64,000 bases of DNA. Origin: Paraphysomonas bandaiensis. Its lineage: Eukaryota; Protista; Chrysophyceae. The stretch lies in assembly GCA_965644295.1 (NCBI GenBank), contig CBFFRP010000238.1, positions 124,001 to 188,000 on the forward strand. The letters run 5' to 3'. Numbering within the stretch: position 1 is the first letter of the stretch; the number at the start of each line of letters is the position of its first letter. The notes beneath the pieces are model-generated. The model saw only the letters and a list, made by a program, of their open reading frames with translations, did not search any database and was not told the origin of the DNA. This document shows positions 10,619 through 23,625 of the stretch, piece after piece. Made by a program: the position numbers and the translations under genes.

Positions 10619-13600
10619 TTACGCTGCAATCCCATTCGTCAGGACCTACGTCACAGGTTAGAAATATTGATATTTCCATTTGTAAGTACCTGAAACTGGT
10701 CGTAACGCCCTGTGCCAGTATGTTTATAACTCCTGCAAGTACAATAAGGAAACACAAATAAAGAAACCACTCCACACACCTGGTCATGAGCCCACGAATA
10801 ACACCGGGTAGATCATGATCAGGAACATCAAGCATCATACGACGCCGTAAATCAAGGATAGCATCAGGATTATATCTGCAGATCGTAAAATATTACAAAG
10901 ACATAATAGAGAAGCATAATCAATAAACACAAACAAGCCCAAACACAAATTGATAAAAAAGTAACATATTCTGATCCAACTTAGTTTTAAGGTATCATCC
11001 TTGTGCAGCATTGTAGATATACTTGTGGTCGCATCACATAATAACATTACATAGACATATGCACTCAGTACCACAGGGTTGGTCGACACATAACGCTATC
11101 CTATTTTAGAATAGCGCATCATTCTGATCCACTTAGTTTAAAGGTATCATCCTTGTGCAGCATTGTAGATATACTTGTGGTCGCATCACATAATAACATT
11201 ACATAGACATATGCACTCAGTACCACAGGGTTGGTCGACACATAACGCTATCCTATTTTAGAATAGCGCATCATTCTGATCCAACTTAGTTTTAAGGTAT
11301 CATCCTTGTGCAGCATTGTAGATATACTTGTGGTCGCATCACATAATAACAATACATAGACATATGCACTCAGTACCACAGGGTTGGTCGACACATAACG
11401 CTATCCTATTTTAGAATAGCGCATCATTCTGATCCAACTTAGTTTTAAGGTATCATCCTTGTGCAGCATTGTAGATATACTTGTGGTCGCATCACATAAT
11501 AACAATACATAGACATATGCACTCAGTACCACAGGGTTGGTCGACACATAACGCTATCCTATTTTAGAATAGCGCATCATTCTGATCCAACTTAGTTTTA
11601 AGGTATCATCCTTGTGCAGCATTGTAGATATACTTGTGGTCGCATCACATAATAACAATACATAGACATATGCACTCAGTACCACAGGGTTGGTCGACAC
11701 ATAACGCTATCCTATTTTAGAATAGCGCATCATTCTGATCCAACTTAGTTTTAAGGTATCATCCTTGTGCAGCATTGTAGATATACTTGTGGTCGCATCA
11801 CATAATAACATTACATAGACATATGCACTCAGTACCACAGGGTTGGTCGACACATAACGCTATCCTATTTTAGAATAGCGCATCATTCTGATCCAACTTA
11901 GTTTTAAGGTATCATCCTTGTGCAGCATTGTAGATATACTTGTGGTCGCATCACATAATAACATTACATAGACATATGCACTCAGTACCACAGGGTTGGT
12001 CGACACATAACGCTATCCTATTTTAGAATAGCGCATCATTCTGATCCAACTTAGTTTTAAGGTATCATCCTTGTGCAGCATTGTAGATATACTTGTGGTC
12101 GCATCACATAATAACATTACATAGACATATGCACTCAGTACCACAGGGTTGGTCGACACATAACGCTATCCTATTTTAGAATAGCGCATCATTCTGATCC
12201 AACTTAGTTTTAAGGTATCATCCTTGTGCAGCATTGTAGATATACTTGTGGTCGCATCACATAATAACAATACATAGACATATGCACTCAGTACCACATC
12301 ACATAATAACATTACATAGACATATGCACTCAGTACCACAGGGTTGGTCGACACATAACGCTATCCTATTTTAGAATAGCTCAACAATTGGATTCAAGCA
12401 TGGTGTATAAGATATCATTGTAAGTATGTGTATCATTGATAGCTGTATTAGTGTCATGTACAGTTGGGTTAGATATCCATGTCTTTGAAACAAATTTTTA
12501 ACTGGTGGATATAATACAGTAGCAGTGAATGCTATGGATTGATATTGCACAGTGTTCCATATAACACACCTGAATGCGGGATAGCTACTATTAAAGGACA
12601 TAATCTCCAGCATCATACATATGTCATCTGTATACTTCCGAACAGCCTTAAAGGCGTCAGTTGTGAGGGACATGTACGTATCAAAATCTGGAGATGTAGG
12701 ACCTCCCATTACCTGAATTCAAAAAATACACATCAACAACTTGTGTGAACAAATAATTTGTGCACAAAATCGCAACTTGCATCTGACGATATGAACACTG
12801 GCAACACAAGCAATACATATATTATAGATGCAACGTAAAGTTCGTAACGTGGCTCTTACATCTGCCATTTCTTCAGTCAATTTCCATGGCGCTGTTTCCA
12901 TGCTGAACTGTTTGCCAGGGGCAAGTCCAAAGACAAACCCAAAGTCAATATGAATTAAGTGGCCTTGGGAATCAATCATAATATTGCCATTGTGCCTGTT
13001 TCGCCGAACATCAGTTTGAAACCAATGGCTTTACGATACAACATATGGTATCACCGTGCAAATATTTTATTCGTGCCCTTACCTATCTTTTATAGCAAGC
13101 ACATAGGACACAACGCTGTATCCAGCAAGCGATTTAATGTAGGAATCCAATGCCGCTTTAAAAGTTGGGGACTCAGGGGGGCCATAAGTCCTCTCAAAGT
13201 GTCCCCTAAGAGTACCAGGCCAGTGAGCCCCTTTCTTTAAACCATCTAAAGAGATTGAATCTGGAATGAGTTGAATCAAACCAGTGCTCTTGGAGGTGCT
13301 AACAATCTTGTAAGTGTGTACCCAAACGGGCACACAAGAATTGATGAAGATTTCTTTTAAGTACGTGATCATCTGCATGACAAAGACCTACCACGATATA
13401 TTACAGGTTTGAACATCAGTAATCTTTTGTAATACACTAACCACAAACCCATCCACATCAACATATAACACATTCGTCACAACTTTAAGTTATATTACCT
13501 CTTGCCGAAGGTCATCATTGCTTTTGGCAATCATTCCATCAAGCCGCCAACCAGGATAATTCCCTCGAGGTGAGTCAGCGCTTATTCTTGCTGCTTTCGC

Positions 13601-15793
13601 GACAAATGCTTCCATATCTTCTGGTGTAATTGTTTCTCGGATTGCCTCCGCTTCTGCGTCAGGTGACTCTTCGTGTTTGCCATTCACGTTCACGCTAGAG
13701 AGTTTATTCACTACAGGAGGTGTATAATCTACTTGCATAGCATCAAACGACAATCTCCGTTCCTTTATCTCGTCATCAGAGTTGCTGTTTGCTACTAGAA
13801 CGTCGACATCTGTGGCACCAATAGACGATTCTATTAACTTTCTTCGTAGAGCTGCCTGTTAATATTGTCATGGACATACTGTGCAAAGAGAAGCCAACTC
13901 TAGCAGACAACTCATATACAGATATACCACATGAGCAAATATCTTATTTACATACCGTATTGGCGTCAAATTCTTTAAAAAAACTTGTTAATTGCTCTTT
14001 CTTCGGAGACTCGACCTCATTGTATGGTCCGTCTGGTGATAAGGGATCTTCCTCCAGCTCAACACATAGTTCATCACTTCCTAAGTATGTTGCAACGTCA
14101 ATACGTTTCGGATGATCTTGCATCTCAAAGAGTAGCAGTGCTGGACATCGGGCTTTAGTCGTAAATGCATGCGATTCAGCAGGCAGCGAAGCAATGATTC
14201 GACTCCAGGGGTCAGTGGAGTTGCAGAGAGCGAGATAACAACAAGAAGGAATGGAGACAAGTGCTATCTTCTCCTGCAGGGCACTTTTTCTGGAAGAGCG
14301 TTCCATAAATCTGCGTTATATAGATTAGGACAGGTAACACTAAGCGTTTGCACTAATATGAGCGTGTTTTTCAAAAAAAATCATTATAAATAAAACAGTC
14401 TAGTATGTGACACACCTAAGTTCTTCACATATCTCAGTAATCTTCCCAATGAACATCCTCTGCTCAGTGAAAAACTTGTACCTTAAGCAATAAAATTACT
14501 ATAGAATATTCAATATTTATAATACAGCACCTTTTTCTCTGCAAAACAGACATGTATCGATGTCGAAAAGATGTCGACTTAATGATATCATGAGCGCTTT
14601 GGGGACCAATGCTAACTGCTCCGTTCAGCTCCCCAGGAGACTCCGGGGGAGTTCCGCCATACGGCGATGGAGTATCAGACGTTAATGACCGGTTCGAAAA
14701 TGCATCAGGTTTAAATCCAGCTTCTGTCCTAATCTCGACGGGAATATCATTCGCCACCCTACAGAGCAATAATATTACTCGGATAATGCTATACACTCGT
14801 CGCAAGTGTACGTTAGGGTAAGTAACACAACAATAGCATATATCAAACTGGATTGCCATGGTGCAGTAGTTGCTACATACTTGTTGATGGCTTCAATCCA
14901 ATCGGCCATCTCAGACTCACTGCTCGCTCGCAGCTTGAACAATGTACATGTAATAGGACTGTAGACCTCAAAGCAATTTTCGTATGTGTGGTGCTCAACT
15001 ATCTGTACACGACAGTCTTGGAGTGGCATTGTTCTACGTAGAGTGGTATAATTCTCATCGTGGTAGCACAGCAGCATTTTGTTTTCAACCACGAACCAGC
15101 GGGGCTTCCATATCTTCCTGCGAAAAGTCTGTCGTATCACCCGCTTAAAGAGAAGCAAACCTTTCTTCAGGGTCACATTGGGGGTGGTCAAAGAAGACAC
15201 AGAAAGAATTTGCTGAGCTGAGTGGGCACGATATCTATCCTCACGTTCGATCAATTGAGCTTCGTCCATTCCTTTGCTACACTCCGCATCACGTTGTACA
15301 TAGTACGATGCAACGTCACCTTGTGCGACAGCGCGTTCAACATTAAGCATAATATTCGAGCAGTATGTAAAAAGTGCATGGTTTGCATGCGAATTAACTC
15401 GACCCAAAGTGTCCTCTGGTTGATAATCTTCCAAAGCAGCAAACAGAATAAAACTAATGTGTAAAGCCGTATGTACGCTGCATTGACACAAGATAACTAC
15501 CAATTTCTCCAGTGATCGGTTCTCATTGTGTGACTCACAATGTATTAACATGTGAAGTATCTGAGGAAGGAAATATTCGATATCATTAAACACTTGCTTC
15601 TCTCGCACATATTTGCTACATCCCATTATTAAATATCGTTTATATCTTCTCAGTAATAAACATACCTTAATAAATTTGTGCAATTTTCAATAATTTCAGG
15701 GTGATCTCTATGCCTCCACATGTCGAATATAACACCCTGCGTGTGGAGAGAGCCATCATCCCTGAAGTAACTATCCATATCGAAATCTTTCAT
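10619..15793 (-). CDS. Phosphatidylinositol 4-kinase (type III beta-like) with internal PH domain; many exons
   Basis: [12 protein letters not shown] (helical domain), [39 protein letters not shown]|[28 protein letters not shown]|VLTNGI. PH domain at about 14880-15170. ATG at 15793, TAA at 10619. Confidence 0.92.
10968..12380. repeat. 153-bp tandem array (about 9 units) inside a PI4K intron
   Basis: TAACGCTATC recurs at 11091, 11243, 11396, 11549, 11702, 11855, 12008, 12161 and 12356. The last unit has a 42-bp internal duplication. Confidence 0.97.
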
Positions 15794-16541
15794 AATTAAT
15801 TCGTACAAGAATAGATAAATGACACTCCTCTCCTTACACCTTCCCAACTACTAGGTAGTAATATACGAAGTAAGTATATATTGCACAATAATTTTGTGGA
15901 GATATCAACTAAACTGATCTGAAATAATTGGGCCGTATCATGATTATATATACCAATATACAGCCGCATACCATACAAATTAGATCATGTGAAGTTGCTT
16001 GAAAGTGTGTGAATGGACAGAAAAAAGACCCACTCAAACTTTATTTATTCACCAATCATCGGACCCTAAACCATATGTCTCACAACTCATTGATTAATAG
16101 TTATGTAGTAAGTGCTGCTCCTGCTGCTGAAAATGTAAGAGTTTTGGCGAATAAAAAGTACGGCAATACAGACTATACCTATACGGTATACTCTATAAGG
16201 GAAATCTAGTCTTGACGTATGAAGAAACCGTATTTTGTACAGGTCAGTATATTATATATAGCTAGTTATGTATGGGTATGTCTGTAGGGAGGGTGTAGCG
16301 GTGTACGAATATCGCCATAACACAACAAGCTAAATTTCGTACTGGTTTTCATAACTCACTTTTCCGTGACTGTTGGTTAGATATCAGGACCAGAACATGA
16401 ATAGAATAATGAAACTATTCAAGGGTTAGATCGTAATGTCTATTTAACAAAACACCGTGAGTGTCTCTGTCTCATAATATCATGTCCAGTGCTGCTTATA
16501 TATGTACATTGCATCTTACTGTTTAGCACAAAGAGAATAGA

Positions 16542-18304
16542 ATGGGTGGTGTTTCGAGCTCATCTTGTCTGGGTAGTAGGAGTAATATTGACAGAACCAA
16601 AGATGGACAACCATATTACCTCCCACATCAGCGGTCAAGCGTTACCACGAAAGAAACGTCTATAGATGTGGCTCCCACATCGTCCCCTACGACTCCCTCT
16701 TCAAAAGCACAATCCGCGGCTAATTCTGATCAGCATTCACAGTATGCTGCATTTCATAATGGCATGTCAATATACTGTTTAGATCATTTTCGGTCTAAGT
16801 ATACAGGTGAACCGATGGCGAGATGGCGAAAAGCTGTGATTATGAACATGGACCACACTACTCTCCTGGCACACATCCACTTCGAAGGATGGAAGGACAA
16901 ATACGACATTAATTTAGATTTGAAATCAGAACTGTATAGGCTTGCTCCCGGGGAGATATTGACAGATAAGCAAAAAACTGATGGTGAATCTCTGGATGTC
17001 GTGCAATATCGCGCTGTGACATCATACGCTGCTGTGGGAAGAATACCCTCTGATGTCACTCTTCCTGTAACGGAGATCGAGTCAGTAGGAGCACAAGCAA
17101 TGTACTCAGTGGGCGAAAAGGTATGTTAAGGTGTCGAACTTAATGAGTTGTAATACATGGCTATGACTGTGTGGTGCTGTCGTGACCTGCGATAGTGTTA
17201 AATGTTTGATACCAGGTGGATGTTCGGGATATCTACAAACCGAAGGGAAAGAAAACTGGTGTTGTGTTCAAATGGCGCCCTGGAGAGATAAGAAATGTCA
17301 GCGGTGTTCATGTGCACGTTCATTATATTGGTTGGGGGGAAGAGTGGGATGAAGTGATAGATACATCCATCGAGGGGAATAGAATTAAACCTCCTGGGAC
17401 AGAGACAGTACCAAGAGGGTCAGCTCGGCACACAAGACACAACAGAGAGCACAGGACCTCGAGGAATACTCCCAATAGTAGTAGTAGTCGAAGGAGGCGA
17501 AGTTGTGGCGAAGTTGAAGCCTCTCCTCCGTCCAAGGAAGTGATGCTCAGTCGTAGTGTTCCCATCACTCGGTCTCACACAGATGGCCATCACAACACCA
17601 CAACACTTCGATCTGCTCCAGATATGCCCAGAGGAGAAGAGGAGCGGAAAACTACGAAAGGTATGGTGCGTACCCGTTCGTTTCCCGGTCCAGCTTCAAC
17701 TTCTCCTGGATCAAGACACCCGAACGCAGCCTCTCCTGAGGAGTTAGAAGAGCTGGAACGCATGCAGAAGCTAACAGAAGAAGAGTACGTCGCCGCAATG
17801 AAAAATGAAGCTGCCTTCGTAGAAGCTTTAAATAATCGTGGCTTGCACGTTGTTGAAGTAGACGGGGATGGTAATTGCCTGTTTCGTGCTGTAGCTCACC
17901 AGATATGGTTAGATGAAGACAGACATTTGGATTTGCGGAAAAAAGTAGTAGATCATATGCAGAAACATGCCGCGCGGTATGCCTCTTTCTGCGCGGACGA
18001 TTTCAAGGAGCACTTACAGCATATGAGAATGCCTGGGGTGTGGGGCGATGACCTTGAAATAAGGGCTCTAGAGGAAATTACCGATCGACTTATAGTCATA
18101 TATAGCTCTCACTCTCCAACGATTGAGCCATTGAACACTAATTTTGATGAAGCAAGGCACATGAAAGGTGTAAAACCCATAATACTCAGTTACCATGGGA
18201 AAAATCATTACAACTCTGTATATGATGTCAATACTCCCCTTCCTCTGCAACCAAGACGGAGTAAGGTACTCTTAGATCTGAGGCGTAAGCATCAAGTGCT
18301 GTAA
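16542..18304 (+). CDS. OTU-family deubiquitinase (OTUD5/OTU6-like) with two N-terminal Tudor/chromo-barrel-like repeats; 2 exons
   Basis: VDGDGNCLFRAVAHQ, WGDDLEIRAL, LSYHGKNHYNSV. Repeats HIHFEGWKDKYD and HVHYIGWGEEWDEVI. Intron 17121-17215. Confidence 0.9.
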
Positions 18305-19777
18305 TTGATTTTATTGGCATTGGAGTACGTACAATATACCGCCAACTGATAAGTTAGCTGTCAAGTGAATCAATCTGCGTTTTTTGTATTGTGGTGATAT
18401 ATACATATTTGAAGTACGTACGATGTAAATATAGATGGCAGTAGTGCCAGCAGTTGTTTATTTCTTCTAGCAGGATTGTGTTAACGCGAATGATTATTGT
18501 TGTGATATAAGGAGCTACTTGTTCTCCTAACTGCTAACAAGTTGTATTTTGTCTCCCTAATACATGTTTGTTATCTTAACTGACGTTTAACAGCAATAAA
18601 TCAAATATTTCTTTCTCTGTCAACAAAATCAAAAGTATACCACAGTAGCAGATTCATATGAATGCGCTCCGTGCATGATATAAATTTGTTTTACACTGAT
18701 TACAAATGAAATTTACTTAAGAACTCTTCTTTTTTGATGCTTTAATAAAGCTCACGTATTTGACAGAATGAAAGTACGTCATGAATGTTTTGAAATGTAG
18801 CAAGGAAAACTAACGACAAACAATATCTGATAATTTAACATTTTACTATTCGACGCCACCCACTAATGCAAACAAAAAATTGAATCATTCTATCCAGCAA
18901 ATGAAGTGTTGTTTGCTGTATATTTAATTTTAACTATGCATTCAACTTCAAGACTTTTTAACTCTTACGACGGGACGTTGCCTAATATCGGTTTCCAAAG
19001 ATATTGTGCGGAAATTCACCCATAAAATCAAGGAAAAGATTTCCACACAATCCGTTCATGCAATTCAGACATTCAATTTTCAATTATCTAATGATGGGAG
19101 AACTATACATCCCAGTTATATCAGCATTGGAAATTGGAACTAGCAAGCCTCCTGTCATCTTCATTCAGTGATATCATTTATTTCGAGCTGAGAGTAATTT
19201 CATGGAGGAATAACTGGTCGTCCGTGAAATACAGGGTATCGGTGCCAAGAGATACGCTTATCTCGACACACATAATATCTTCTTCGTTCAAAATAGTAAT
19301 CCATAGCATGCATCTTTCTCCATCTTCAGTATCTTTCTCCACACAAGGAATTCCTAGAAGGTCTGCTGCTGTTGTATACCGGTATACTACTGGTGTAGTA
19401 CAGTGAAATACAGTCAACACTAAAATTTCGAAACATAAAAAGAAAAAAAGAACATGCAAAATACTTCGGTATGATGTGTATAGATGGGTGTGTCGGCAGG
19501 TACTCCTGTATATGGTTGTTGTGATGTACCATACCACTGCTGCTGTGTATGCATGTCGTGGCATATCTTTCTAGAGAGAACCAAGAATTGATGCATCAGC
19601 TACACGATTTCAATCCAAAAATGATCAACTTTATGTCTCTGTGGAATATCGTCTAGTTGATTGCTATATAGAACCTTATATCTTGTAACTATGCTCGCGA
19701 ACTGCATCCAATCAACGTTACAACACTTTACAGATGATGTAGGGACCATATTCCGTGCTTGTTAAATATTTTAATGT

Positions 19778-21425
19778 ATGAGTAAGGCTCTTCCATTTTT
19801 CCCTCCGGACAATTTCATCAAGCTACGAGAGAATAGTGATGCAAAATCTTTAAATTCGGTATGAGAGTTATGCCTTTTTCGTGTACACTTCGGTCAAGTG
19901 ATCTATTTGTTGCAGATTACATACAAGCTCAGTACACTACAAAAAATATTCGTCACCTTAGAAGATCCGTCATCTTGGTAGAGATGTTTTATTGCTGTCA
20001 CTTCTTATTTCAACTCACATGTTTTAATGTGCAGTGTTCTGGGTAAAATCATTTCGATATTTGTGATTATCGTCATATTCCTGAGTGGATTCGTGTTTAT
20101 CATATCAACAGATCCATCAATCAAGTAAGTCTTTAACTAGGAGTATTTATTTCTTTATACTTCGCGTTGTGAAATCTGTGTGATCAGAACTCAGCCATCC
20201 TCATGCGACCATCCGGCCTGTGATGATGATCCTCAGCTTTGCCCAGGATACAAGATATGTGAGCCGACTTTACCGATGTGGCTTTTTTATGTTGAAACAT
20301 TTTGTGTGGTGGTGTTTTCGATTGATTACGGGACACGAATTTCACTAGTCACAAGTGTACCCTCCAGGTATGGCCCTACATTCTAACATGCATTATTGAG
20401 GATAATATCATTCCAGACTGTCCCGTGTGTTTAATGTGGAACAGTGGGACAACGAGAAAGATCCTGCCGAACCTGATCCATCCTATTCTCCTCTGGTCAC
20501 AACGTGGCGTTATATGACACGACCTATGAATATCATTGACCTGATATCAATTCTCCCATTTTTCGTTACCTTTGCAACTCCTCAAGGTGGATCATTAACA
20601 ATATTTAGAATACTAAGACTAGGTCGAATTTTACGAGTAACAAAGGCTGGGAGGAATAACACTAGCATGGAAGTCATGGTCACTTCTATCAAAAACTCTG
20701 GAGAGATTCTGGGTACATTGATGTTTTATATCCTCTTGTGTCTCATTGTTGTCGCGGCATTGGTGTTTCAGTTTGAAGAAGGTGATTTCACAGTAAATAG
20801 CAACTATCCTGAAGGCGCTTATCTCCGCCCAACAGTCGATCTACAAGGCAAAGAACCGAGTCCATATGTCTCTGTATGGGTTGCCATTTACTGGGCTGTT
20901 GTAACGGGTACCACCCTCGGCTACGGCGACTTGTTTCCAACTACTATTATGGGTAGATTGATCTCGTGTTTCTGGATTTTCTGCGGAATCCTCGTTCTAG
21001 GCCTGCCAATTGGTATCATTGGATCGAACTTTACTGTAGAGCTAGAAAAGCAAAAAGAACTTGAGAAGCAACGAAAAGCGGCCATCGCTATGTTGCGGCA
21101 AGATTCGATCGGTAACTCTATGAATCCCATGCACAACGCTTCTGGGAAAACATCTACCAGTAAATCAGCAGATAAAACCTCAGCAATAGCAGAGGAGAAA
21201 AAGGAAAAAGAGGTTATGGATGACGGGTTCGGGTTTGAAATTCCAGTGGTACGCCGACCGCTTGTCAGTACGGCTGAAGCATCCACTCAGACAGATCTCG
21301 AAGTTGTGCCTAGCAATGCCGAGATAAAATCTGATGGCATAGCTACTGATAATGTGACATTACAAGAGCAGCTTGAGCTTTTAGATAGACTTAGAACATC
21401 ATTATTGCGGGAGACGAGTGGGTAG
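19778..21425 (+). CDS. Voltage-gated potassium channel (6TM, Kv-like); about 5 exons
   Basis: S4 IFRILRLGRILRVTK, pore YWAVVTGTTLGYGDLFP, S6 GILVLGLPIGIIGSNF, NIIDLISILPFF. Upstream exons MSKALPFF.. and IFVTLEDPSS join through GT-AG introns; the start codon is inferred. Confidence 0.9.
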
Positions 21426-22119
21426 ATGTGATTCTAGTTGATCGTTGCTTCTTAGCGCTAAAATTCGGTATTGGCAAGTATACTTATTATCCCTAACTCA
21501 TTTACCAGTGTGTCAAAAATATTAAATATTTGTCTCAGTATACGTATAGAGACACAGATGCCTAAGAAGTAAAAAACGGCTTATATACAGTTTAACTATT
21601 CTATATATTTCAAGTATATCCTAGATGTAGCTCCCAAAAACAGTAATATACTAGAGAAGCAAACATTTCACTTAACAGCGTTTTCGCAACTCTGTTTTGT
21701 ACACTTATGTCGTGTTGTTGGATGGCGTGTTGCAATTTACAATATGTGTATATGTGTTGTACGCTATTAGGATTCTTCTTAATATAAGGTATAAGGTAGT
21801 ATGTGAAATATAATGTTCAATGAAATATATAATATATCATGAACTAGGAACATTAATGCTACATATACTTTGCTCAAAAGGAACTTCATCTATAATCTGT
21901 CACTAAGTCACACAATCACACAGTTACTCCTATTTATAAATATTTTTGTGGCTAGCTACTCAAGCAGAAATATATCTTTTGTAAGTTCTACTTACAGAAA
22001 CTCTATACCCAATGTTTATTGCATACTCTCGTATAAACGCACGTACATAAAGTACACTACACCATAATACATGATCTCTAACTATTAATCAACAACAAAG
22101 CAAATGACAGAATGATTGA

Positions 22120-22740
22120 TCATTCCCATTTCTACTAGAGTTCTTTTTATATTCTCACACGCCAGTAACAATGTCAGTATCATGGACCCTCTCGAGAAAT
22201 ATAGATTTCTATTATTCATAAGGTGTGAACCCAATACAAGGTTTCACACTGCAATATACGCATTAAAAAGCTTCTGGCTACTCCGAAGCCTGTCCAAAAC
22301 TCTTTTATGTGTGTGCAGAGGATCGAAACTCATCCCTGCAACAGTTCTTTTTATATTCTCACACGCCAGTAAAGATGTCAGTATCGTGGACTCTCTCGAG
22401 AATTATAGGTTTCTATTACTCATAAGGTGTGAACCCAATACAAGGTTTCACACTGCAATATACGCATTAAAAAGCTTCTGGCTACTCCGAAGCCTGTCCA
22501 AAACTCTTTTATGTGTGTGCAGAGGATCGAAACTCATCCCTGCAACAGTTCTTTTTATATTCTCACACGCCAGTAAAGATGTCAGTATCGTGGACTCTCT
22601 CGAGAATTATAGGTTTCTATTACTCATAAGGTGTGAACCCAATACAAGGTTTCACACTGCAATATACGCATTAAAAAGCTTCTGGCTACTCCGAAGCCTG
22701 TCCAAAACTCTTTTTTGTGTCTGCGGAGGATCGAAACAAT
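22120..22740. repeat. 204-bp tandem repeat array B (about 3 units)
   Basis: Near-identical to array A units. The 244-aa ORF here is the repeat read in frame (204 = 68 codons). Confidence 0.95.
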
Positions 22741-22965
22741 ATTGTTGGCTTTTTTTTTGTCACTATGACAAACTCCACATCTGGATTGTATTCCACGTAT
22801 TCCACGTATTCCAGGTATTATATATACTGCTTGGTATAGTTGAAGAATAATTAACTTCTGGATGACGCACAAAGATATGCGTCATATGCAGTGGGCAGAA
22901 GTACGATATGAAAACTATAAGTTACTACCATCATAATTATCTCTTTAACACTGTGATCCTTAAAG

Positions 22966-23625
22966 ATGTTCTATTTCCGTTTAGTTATTGCATTAGTGTA
23001 TGCTGTATTGGGGGCCAGTGCCTTCCAGAGCAAGTGGGTTAACGTCAACCACTCAGCTGTCACTCTTGGTGTGGATACTGTGGATACACTTGACCTGAAT
23101 GCATATGTCGGGCGCTGGTATCAGATGTACGCAGACCAACTTGTGTATTCTACTATTGAGCCGGATGCTTATTGTGTCACTGCTGATTATGCACTCCAGT
23201 CGGATGGTTCCGTCTCTGTTCACAACTATCAGACAACAGGATCGCCCACAGAGGGTGTATCCACTATCGATGGTATGTCTTTATCTTTTATCCGAGGAGC
23301 TATATCTTATATTATAACAGGCACAGCCACAGTACCCAACCCTGATGAACCAGGACAATTGTCAGTTCAATTCGACTCTGTCTCATCTACAGGTGCACCG
23401 TATTGGGTTCTTGCACTGGGTCCTATCAATGAGGATGGTCTTTATGACTGGTCTATAGTCAGTGATCCCTTCACGGCCTATTTATTTGTACTTGCAAGAG
23501 ACGTCGATACATTTCGTGCAGTGTATGATGAGGAGGTACTTGCCTTGCTGAAAGACCTGGGTTTCACAAAACAATACAATTCCCCAATTGAGACATACCA
23601 GGAAGACGATTGCATGTATGAATAG
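22966..23625 (+). CDS. Secreted lipocalin (ApoD/Blc-like), probably with an in-frame 48-nt intron at 23273-23320
   Basis: Signal peptide, lipocalin motif LDLNAYVGRWYQ, CVTADY, APYWVLAL, YDWSIVSDP, LFVLARD. Confidence 0.9.
   Translation: MFYFRLVIALVYAVLGASAFQSKWVNVNHSAVTLGVDTVDTLDLNAYVGRWYQMYADQLVYSTIEPDAYCVTADYALQSDGSVSVHNYQTTGSPTEGVSTIDGMSLSFIRGAISYIITGTATVPNPDEPGQLSVQFDSVSSTGAPYWVLALGPINEDGLYDWSIVSDPFTAYLFVLARDVDTFRAVYDEEVLALLKDLGFTKQYNSPIETYQEDDCMYE

Noticed and set aside
10968-12380. 153-bp array as a CRISPR-like array or coding repeat
   Set aside because: Units are identical end to end with no spacers. The array lies inside an intron, and its ORFs are short by-products.
18900-19564. 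Minus-strand ORFs upstream of the Kv channel
   Set aside because: No recognisable domain or consistent splice model; part of the region is promoter-like low-complexity DNA.
22116-22850. 244-aa ORF, and the ORFs at 1364-2099, as protein-coding genes
   Set aside because: They are translations of the 204-bp repeat. The array A copies have stops and frameshifts, and no domain is recognisable.
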